In this document: positions 25,637 to 32,000 of the stretch, in pieces
Numbering within the stretch: position 1 is the stretch's first letter
How the letters are laid out: the number at the start of each line of letters is the position of its first letter
Source of the DNA: an uncultured archaeon
Lineage (GTDB): Archaea; Iainarchaeota; Iainarchaeia; Iainarchaeales; Iainarchaeaceae
Direction of reading: 5' to 3'
DNA: 32,000 nt
Assembly (NCBI GenBank): GCA_964577555.1
Contig: CAZNZM010000003.1
Location: forward strand, 42,037 to 74,036
Position numbers and translations under genes: made by a program
Notes under the pieces: generated by a model
Told to the model about the DNA's origin: nothing
Database searches by the model: none
The model's input: the letters and a program-made list of their open reading frames with translations, nothing else

Positions 25637-25879
25637 ATGGCAGCAATAGAATTAGGTGCAGGAGCAGCGATTGGAGCTGGAATAGCAATATTGGGAGGCG
25701 CAATTGGCACCGGTTGGGCTCAGGCTGCAATAGGCTCGAGCGCAATGGGAGTCATAGCTGAAAAGCCGGATCAGGCATCAAAGCTTTTGGTTTGGATTGC
25801 GATTCCTGAAACAATTGTTATATTCGGCTTTGTTGTGGCATTCCTGTTAATGGGAAAAATTCCCGTTGTAGAAGGATGA
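25637..25879 (+). CDS. atpK: A-type ATP synthase subunit K (proteolipid c-ring)
   Basis: MAAIELGAGAAIGAGIAILGGAIGTGWAQAAIGSSAMGVIAEKPDQASKLLVWIAIPETIVIFGFVVAFLLMG; strong GGAGGTG Shine-Dalgarno. Confidence 0.95.
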   Translation: MAAIELGAGAAIGAGIAILGGAIGTGWAQAAIGSSAMGVIAEKPDQASKLLVWIAIPETIVIFGFVVAFLLMGKIPVVEG

Positions 25880-25907
25880 TTCGGTAAAGCAAAAATTGTT
25901 GGAATTG

Positions 25908-25939
25908 GCGAATTGCAAATGCCGATTAATGCAATTCGC
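25908..25939. other. Inverted repeat between atpK and atpE
   Basis: GCGAATTGCA (25908-25917), 12-nt loop, TGCAATTCGC (25930-25939); perfect 10-bp stem. Confidence 0.8.
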
Positions 25940-25968
25940 TTATTTAAAATAATCTGGGAGTAATTTGC

Positions 25969-26553
25969 ATGGCAATAGAAAATTTGAAAAAAAGCATATT
26001 GCAGGAAGCTGAAAAAGAGGCCGAGCGAATAGTTTCTGAGGCAGAGGCTGAAGCTGAAAAAATAAAGGCTTCAAGCATGGAAAAAGCCAAGACTATTTTG
26101 GCTCAGGCAAAGAAAAAGGCTGAAGAAACAGGGCTTCAGCAGAGTAATGATAGGATAAGTTCTGCAAAACTTAAAGCCAAGAAAATGATGGCTGAAGCGA
26201 ACGAGGCTTTCGTGGAAAATGCTTTGGAGGAAATTTGGAATTATTTTAAGAAAATTCCCGAAGAGAGCAGATATGAGAGTATAATGAAAAAATTGATTTT
26301 GAATGGGCAGTCCAGTATTGGAAAAAATTCGGTGGTGTTTACAAATTCTAAGGATGCTAAGATTGCCAAAAAGTATGCTGATAATGTTTCGCAGGACTAT
26401 GTTGAAATAAGCGGCGGAGCAATAATAAAGTCAGGCGATGGTAAAATAATTGTTGATAATTCGCTTGAATCGATATTCCAATCAAAAAAGAATGAGCTTA
26501 GGCGCTTAATTTATTTGGAACTTCTTGGCTATGGAAAGGCTGGTAAAAAATGA
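25969..26553 (+). CDS. atpE: A-type ATP synthase subunit E
   Basis: Coiled-coil N-terminus with Ala/Glu/Lys repeats and C-terminal globular region; syntenic position. Confidence 0.93.
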   Translation: MAIENLKKSILQEAEKEAERIVSEAEAEAEKIKASSMEKAKTILAQAKKKAEETGLQQSNDRISSAKLKAKKMMAEANEAFVENALEEIWNYFKKIPEESRYESIMKKLILNGQSSIGKNSVVFTNSKDAKIAKKYADNVSQDYVEISGGAIIKSGDGKIIVDNSLESIFQSKKNELRRLIYLELLGYGKAGKK

Positions 26554-27623
26554 AAAATCCGTTTGAATCAAGCATTTTATTCAGGGCTCTTGCTTTTGGT
26601 TATGCAAACAGCAGAGTAAAAGCAATGAAGACGTATTTGTTGTCTGATAAGGATTTGAAAGCAATGGCTTCCGCGAAAACTATTGAAGAGGTATATGCAT
26701 TGCTTGAAAAAACTCCGTACAGGGATGACTTGGTGGCAGTGGCTTTAAGTGGAAAATCTTTGCCTGACAAGATAGAAATTGCCTGTACTAGGAATTTTTC
26801 AAGGACTCTTGCTAAAGTGCATAAAATAAGCCCAAAAGAGGCTAAGTCAAAGATTTCGGCTTGGTTTGAAAGGTATGATGCTAATAATATAAAGATAATT
26901 TTGCTTGGAAAACATCTTGGGCAAAAACCAGAGGAGATAAAGCAATTTATAATTGAGGGTGGTTCGCTTTCGCGTGGTTTGATTGAAAAAGCGATTGCGG
27001 CAAAATCTCTTAAAGATGCGATTATAGAGTTTGGCGGGACGGAATATGGGAGGTTGTTGGAAAAGGCTTATTTTGAGTATGAAAAGGAGAAACAGATAGG
27101 CGTAATAATAACTGCTATTGATAACTATTTTTTCAAGAGAATTCCGGAAACCGCGAAAAAATCTTTTGTTGATTCAAGGTTGCTTATTAATTTGATAAAA
27201 GCGCAAATCGATTCAAAAAATATTTCCAATTTATTGAGGCTTAAAAAAGAGAATGCTTCTGAAGATATTATAATGAAAAATTTGAATAAGGGTGGGAAAA
27301 TAGGTAAATCCAGGTTGAAGCTGGCGGCTTCCGCAAAAAGTGTTGAAGAAGCTGCAAAATTTTTTGAAAAAGAGTTTCAAATTGGCAGGGCTTTGGAAGA
27401 ATATAAAAAAACTGGAAGCATAATTCCTTTTGAAACCGCTGTTGAAAGAAGTATTGGAAGGAAAGCTCTTACGATGTTGAGGGTGAGTGTCCTTTCAATA
27501 GGCGCGATTATTGGTTTTTTGCTTTTGAAAGAGGAGGAAATTGCAAACATAAGAAAAATAGTTAGAGCCAAGGAATTCAATTTGCCTGTTGAAAAGCTTG
27601 AGGAATTGATGGGGATTGTATGA
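26550..27623 (+). CDS. atpC: A-type ATP synthase subunit C
   Basis: YANSRVKAMKTYLLSDKDLKAM, EYGRLLEKA, FFKRIPETAKKSFVDSRLLINLIKAQIDSKNI; ATGA overlap with atpE; start overlaps. Confidence 0.94.
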   Translation: MKNPFESSILFRALAFGYANSRVKAMKTYLLSDKDLKAMASAKTIEEVYALLEKTPYRDDLVAVALSGKSLPDKIEIACTRNFSRTLAKVHKISPKEAKSKISAWFERYDANNIKIILLGKHLGQKPEEIKQFIIEGGSLSRGLIEKAIAAKSLKDAIIEFGGTEYGRLLEKAYFEYEKEKQIGVIITAIDNYFFKRIPETAKKSFVDSRLLINLIKAQIDSKNISNLLRLKKENASEDIIMKNLNKGGKIGKSRLKLAASAKSVEEAAKFFEKEFQIGRALEEYKKTGSIIPFETAVERSIGRKALTMLRVSVLSIGAIIGFLLLKEEEIANIRKIVRAKEFNLPVEKLEELMGIV

Positions 27624-27946
27624 ATCAGGATGAGGGGAAAATTGTTGTTATAGGGGATTCTTCAACTTGTACAGGTTTCAGGTTGGCTGGGCTTGAAATG
27701 GTTATGCCTTTGAGTGGGAAAGACGCTGAAACAAAGATAGAAGAGCTTTTGGAAAAGCAGGATATTTCAATAATAATTGTTAACGAGAAAATAATGAATT
27801 TTATTGATTGGAGGTTGAAAAGGAAAATAGAGAAAACAGCCAAGCCTGTGGTTATTGCAATTCCTGACAAGGAAGGTCCTTCTGAAGAAGTTGATTCTTT
27901 GAGGAATATGGTGAAAAAGGCGCTTGGTTTTGAGCTTATGAAGTGA
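27620..27946 (+). CDS. atpF: A-type ATP synthase subunit F
   Basis: [18 protein letters not shown] ... SIIIVNEKI ... [13 protein letters not shown]; ATGA overlap with atpC. Confidence 0.94.
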   Translation: MNQDEGKIVVIGDSSTCTGFRLAGLEMVMPLSGKDAETKIEELLEKQDISIIIVNEKIMNFIDWRLKRKIEKTAKPVVIAIPDKEGPSEEVDSLRNMVKKALGFELMK

Positions 27947-27966
27947 TGTTTAGGGGTGAATCAAAA

Positions 27967-29736
27967 ATGGTTAATGGTGAGCTATTGAAAATATCTGGCC
28001 CTGTAGTAGTGGCAGAAAAGATGCTTGGGGCGAAAATGTATGATGTTGTAAAAGTCGGGGAGGAAAAGCTGATTGGTGAAATAATTAGGCTGGATAATGA
28101 TAAGGCTACAATACAAGTGTATGAGGATACTTCTGGGCTCAAGCCTGGTGAAAAAGTTGAGAATACTGGTATGCCGCTTTCTGTTGAACTTGGTCCGGGT
28201 TTGTTGCAGTCGGTTTATGATGGAATTCAAAGGCCTCTTGAAATAATTAAAGAGTCAAGTGGTGCATTTATATCGAGAGGCGTAGTTGCAAATGCTCTTG
28301 ATCGCAAGAGGAAATGGGTTTTCAATCCTGTTGTGAAAAAAGGGGATAAAGTGGTTGGTGGTGACATAATAGGCGAGGTTCAGGAGACTGAACTTGTTTT
28401 GCATAAAATAATGGTTCCTCATGGAGTCAAAGGCGAGGTAGTTGAAATAAAAAAAGGCGCTTTTACTGTTGAAGATATAATTGCAGTTGTAAAGGGTGAA
28501 AGTGGGAAAAAGTGTGATTTGCAATTAATGCAAAAGTGGGAAGTGAGAAAACCCAGGCCTTATTCGGAGAAGCTTCCTCCAATAACTCCTTTGGTTACTG
28601 GGCAAAGGATACTTGATACTTTTTTTCCTATTGCCAAAGGCGGTGTTGCAGCAATACCTGGGCCGTTTGGTTCTGGCAAAACAGTTACTCAGCAGAGTCT
28701 TGCAAAGTATAGTGATTCGCAAGTAATAATATATATTGGGTGCGGCGAGCGCGGTAATGAAATGACTGAAGTTCTTAAGGAGTTTCCTCATCTTCTTGAC
28801 CCTAAAACAAAAAAGCCGTTGATGCAAAGAACGGTGTTGATAGCGAATACTTCTAACATGCCTGTTGCGGCTAGGGAAGCTTCGGTGTATACTGGTATTA
28901 CGATAGCTGAGTATTATAGGGACATGGGTTATGATGTTGCGCTCATGGCTGATTCTACTTCTAGGTGGGCTGAAGCAATGAGGGAAATATCAGGAAGGCT
29001 TGAAGAAATGCCCGGCGAAGAAGGTTATCCTACTTATCTTTCGAGGAGGCTTGCAGAGTTTTATGAAAGGGCTGGCAGGGTAATTTGTGCTTCTCAAAGC
29101 GAAAGGAAGGGTTCTGTGTCGGTTATAGGCGCAGTATCTCCTCCTGGTGGTGACATTTCAGAGCCTGTTTCTCAAAACACTTTAAGGGTTACTAAAGTAT
29201 TTTGGGCTTTGGACGCAAAGCTTGCTCAAAGAAGGCATTTTCCAGCCATAAACTGGCTTAAAAGCTATTCTTTGTATAGTGGCAGTCTTGATTCAAGTTA
29301 TGCTGCAGTGGTTGCATCTGATTGGGCTGATAACAGGAAAAAGGCAATGTCTTTGCTTCAAAAAGAGGCCGAATTGCAGGAAATAGTTCAACTTGTTGGT
29401 CCTGATGCGTTGCCTGAAAAAGAGCAAGTGATTTTGGATGCTGCTAAAATGATTAGAGAGGATTTTCTCCAGCAATCGGCTTATTCTGATGTTGATGCTT
29501 CGGCATCTTTGTATAAGCAGTATAATATGTTGAAGATTATTCTCAAGTTTTATGAGAGGGCGACTGAGGCTGTAGAATTGGGTGTTCAACTCAAAAATAT
29601 AATTGGTATAAAGGTTAAAGAGGATATAGCAAGGATGAAGGAGATTCCTGAAAGCGAGTTTGAAAAGCGTTCAGCAATGATTTCAAAGGAAATTGATTTG
29701 CAATTTGAAAAAGTTGTTAGGGAGGCAAAAAGATGA
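27967..29736 (+). CDS. atpA: A-type ATP synthase catalytic subunit A
   Basis: [73 protein letters not shown]. Start at MVNGE favoured by upstream GGGGTG. Confidence 0.97.
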   Translation: MVNGELLKISGPVVVAEKMLGAKMYDVVKVGEEKLIGEIIRLDNDKATIQVYEDTSGLKPGEKVENTGMPLSVELGPGLLQSVYDGIQRPLEIIKESSGAFISRGVVANALDRKRKWVFNPVVKKGDKVVGGDIIGEVQETELVLHKIMVPHGVKGEVVEIKKGAFTVEDIIAVVKGESGKKCDLQLMQKWEVRKPRPYSEKLPPITPLVTGQRILDTFFPIAKGGVAAIPGPFGSGKTVTQQSLAKYSDSQVIIYIGCGERGNEMTEVLKEFPHLLDPKTKKPLMQRTVLIANTSNMPVAAREASVYTGITIAEYYRDMGYDVALMADSTSRWAEAMREISGRLEEMPGEEGYPTYLSRRLAEFYERAGRVICASQSERKGSVSVIGAVSPPGGDISEPVSQNTLRVTKVFWALDAKLAQRRHFPAINWLKSYSLYSGSLDSSYAAVVASDWADNRKKAMSLLQKEAELQEIVQLVGPDALPEKEQVILDAAKMIREDFLQQSAYSDVDASASLYKQYNMLKIILKFYERATEAVELGVQLKNIIGIKVKEDIARMKEIPESEFEKRSAMISKEIDLQFEKVVREAKR

Positions 29737-31226
29737 GTGAGATGAGAAAAGAATATCAGACAGTTACAAATGTAGAAGGTCCGCTTGTATTTGTCGATAA
29801 AGTGGAAAATGTAGGGTATAATGAAATAGTCGAGGTAAAGCTTCCTAATGGCGATATAAGAAAGGGGCAGGTTCTTGAAACTGCAAAAGGCAAGGCTGTT
29901 ATACAAATATTTGGCGTGACAACTGGTTTGGATGTTAAAGAAACAAAAGTCAAGTTTCTTGGCGAAACAATGAAATTGGGTGTTTCGATTGATATGCTTG
30001 GAAGGGTTTTTACTGGGCTTGGAGAACCTAGGGACAAAGGTCCGCCGATAATTCCTGAAAAGGAAGTTGATATTACTGGTGCTGCTATAAATCCTGTTGC
30101 AAGGGAGCAGCCAAGCGATTTCATTCAAACGGGAATAAGCACTATAGATGGACTTAATACTCTTGTGAGGGGGCAAAAATTGCCGATATTTTCTGGGGCT
30201 GGTTTGCCGCATAATGATCTTGCAGTCCAAATCGCCAGGCAGGCGAAAGTAAGGAATCAGAGTGAAAAGTTTGCAGTTGTTTTTGCTGCAGTGGGAATAA
30301 CTCATGAAGAGGCAAATTTTTTTATGAAAGATTTTGAAAGGACAGGGGCTCTTGAAAGAAGTGTGTTGTTTCTTAATCTGGCGGATGATCCAAGTGTTGA
30401 AAGATTGATTGCGCCAAGGATGGCTTTGACTACTGCTGAATATTTGGCGTTTGAAAAGGACATGCATGTTTTGGTCATAATAACCGACATGACAAATTAT
30501 TGTGAATCATTGAGGGAAATAGCTGGTGCGAGAAAAGAGGTGCCGGGGCGCAGAGGTTATCCTGGGTATATGTATACTGATCTTTCAACAATATATGAAA
30601 GGGCTGGCGTAATCAAGGGAAAAAAAGGTTCTGTTACGCAAATTCCAATACTTTCAATGCCGTCTGATGACATAACTCACCCTATTCCTGACCTTACAGG
30701 GTATATTACTGAAGGGCAAATAGTTGTGGGGCGAGAGTTGCATAGAAAAGGCATATATCCGCCAATAGATGTGTTGCCTTGTCTTTCAAGGTTGATGAAT
30801 TTGGGTATTGGTAAGGAAAAAACGAGGGAAGATCATAGGGGAATAGCTGACCAATTGTATTCCGCGTATGCTCAAGGGCGGGATTTAAGATCGTTAAGTG
30901 CTGTTGTTGGCGAGGAAGCTCTTTCAGAAACGGACAGGAAATACCTTAAATTTGCGGACGAGTTTGAAAAAAAATTTATAATGCAGTCAAAAGATGAAGA
31001 TAGAAGCATTGAGCAGACTTTGGATCTTGGTTGGGAGTTGTTGGCAATACTGCCTGAAAGGGAACTCAAAAGGGTCAAGGTGGAATTTATAGAGAAATAT
31101 GGGAAGAAGTTTAGGGAGCCGCAAAACGATAAGAAGGAAAAGGCTGAAGAGCCAAAAAAAGAGGAGAATAAGGTTGAAAAAAGCAGGAAAATAAAAAGGA
31201 AAAAAGTTAAAGCTAAGAAAAAGTGA
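29733..31226 (+). CDS. atpB: A-type ATP synthase subunit B
   Basis: [71 protein letters not shown]; K/E-rich C-terminal tail. Confidence 0.97.
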   Translation: MSEMRKEYQTVTNVEGPLVFVDKVENVGYNEIVEVKLPNGDIRKGQVLETAKGKAVIQIFGVTTGLDVKETKVKFLGETMKLGVSIDMLGRVFTGLGEPRDKGPPIIPEKEVDITGAAINPVAREQPSDFIQTGISTIDGLNTLVRGQKLPIFSGAGLPHNDLAVQIARQAKVRNQSEKFAVVFAAVGITHEEANFFMKDFERTGALERSVLFLNLADDPSVERLIAPRMALTTAEYLAFEKDMHVLVIITDMTNYCESLREIAGARKEVPGRRGYPGYMYTDLSTIYERAGVIKGKKGSVTQIPILSMPSDDITHPIPDLTGYITEGQIVVGRELHRKGIYPPIDVLPCLSRLMNLGIGKEKTREDHRGIADQLYSAYAQGRDLRSLSAVVGEEALSETDRKYLKFADEFEKKFIMQSKDEDRSIEQTLDLGWELLAILPERELKRVKVEFIEKYGKKFREPQNDKKEKAEEPKKEENKVEKSRKIKRKKVKAKKK

Positions 31227-31230
31227 AATC

Positions 31231-31875
31231 ATGGCTGAGGAAATAAAGACAACAAGGCTTGAACTCATTGAGACGAGGAACAAAATAAGGCTTGCTGAAA
31301 ACGGGCACAAACTGCTTAAACAAAAAAGGGATGTGCTTGTTCTTGAATTTTTTAAGATAATGAAGCAGGCTTCCGATTTGAGGAATATTTTGAATTCTCA
31401 AATGAAAAGCGCTTTTGAAGCATTGGCTATGGCACAGGCTTACCATGGTATAGTTGAAGTTGAAAGTATTGCGATGTCTGTTGGCAGGGTGCCGCTCATA
31501 GAGGTCAAAGCAAAAAATGTAATGGGTGTCAATATTCCTTCAATAAGAGGAGACTTGGTTGCGAAAAAGCCAGGGGAAAGGGGTTATACAATACAAGGGA
31601 GTTCTGCTAAAATAGATGAAGCGGCTCAAGCTTTTGGTAAGAGTCTTGAAATTATAATAAAGCTTGCCGAAACTGAAAATGCTTTAAAGAGGCTTATTAA
31701 AGAAATTGAAAAAACCAAGAGAAGGGTAAACGCACTTGATTATATTGTGATGCCAGGGCTTAGAGACAAGGCAAAGTATATTGTTATGAGACTTGAAGAA
31801 ATGGAAAGGGAACAATTTATTTCTTTGAAAACCTTGAAGGCAAAAATAGAAAAACAGGAAAAGCAATATTCGTAG
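31231..31875 (+). CDS. atpD: A-type ATP synthase subunit D
   Basis: TTRLELIETRNKIRLAENGHKLLKQKRDVLVLEFF ... IEKTKRRVNALDYIVMPGLRDKAKYIVMRLEEMERE. Confidence 0.96.
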   Translation: MAEEIKTTRLELIETRNKIRLAENGHKLLKQKRDVLVLEFFKIMKQASDLRNILNSQMKSAFEALAMAQAYHGIVEVESIAMSVGRVPLIEVKAKNVMGVNIPSIRGDLVAKKPGERGYTIQGSSAKIDEAAQAFGKSLEIIIKLAETENALKRLIKEIEKTKRRVNALDYIVMPGLRDKAKYIVMRLEEMEREQFISLKTLKAKIEKQEKQYS

Positions 31876-31895
31876 AATTTTTTTGTTCTGTTTTT

Positions 31896-32000
31896 TTACT
31901 TTGTAATATCAACTATTTTTATATCTTCTACATGGTTGATTATATCTTTTACTCTGATTTGCATCAGGTGTTCCGGTGTTCCTCCGCCGCAAACAATTTC
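31896..32000 (-). CDS. C-terminal fragment of an unidentified protein (runs off window)
   Basis: Open frame from the edge: EIVCGGGTPEHLMQIRVKDIINHVEDIKIVDITK*. Confidence 0.5.
   Translation of the reverse strand, partial: EIVCGGGTPEHLMQIRVKDIINHVEDIKIVDITK

Noticed and set aside
29586-30467. 293-aa antisense ORF opposite atpA/atpB, and other long antisense ORFs in the ATPase operon
   Set aside because: Antisense shadow of conserved coding sequence; composition is implausible for a real protein and the sense frames are unambiguous.

Overview
The window is an archaeal, probably DPANN-type, AT-rich chromosomal segment. That lineage call is inference from gene content, archaeal TrpRS/EndA/NucS types, an intron-bearing tRNA and TATA-like promoters. 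Its main block is a complete A-type ATP synthase operon (atpH-I-K-E-C-F-A-B-D, about 23.4-31.9 kb) preceded by a small membrane-protein gene. Other supported genes are tRNA-splicing endonuclease endA, trpS, a 2-Cys peroxiredoxin, nucS, a ferric-reductase-like membrane protein, nadA, a winged-helix/membrane/secreted gene trio, a YjbQ-family gene, nadB, enolase, a coiled-coil surface protein, pyrG, a CPBP protease, sufS, a DsbA-like thioredoxin, a D-2-hydroxyacid dehydrogenase, a CDP-alcohol phosphatidyltransferase, a TraB-family protein, a HAD-like protein and prs. A tRNA-Pro(CGG) with a 36-nt intron at 37/38 lies at about 14.5 kb. Three small Cys-rich/zinc-finger ORFs (30, 39 and 59 aa) fall below the supplied ORF cutoff but have good Shine-Dalgarno sites. 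The main unexplained signals are: (i) a degenerate dispersed intergenic repeat of T-tracts punctuated by GCGAGCC-like islands, always T-rich on the + strand; (ii) the tandem Cys-rich mini-gene pair at 15.6-15.9 kb; (iii) hairpins whose loops contain the stop codons of two mini-ORFs; (iv) a 10-bp hairpin plus TATA-like element between atpK and atpE. No CRISPR array, transposase or defence operon was seen.
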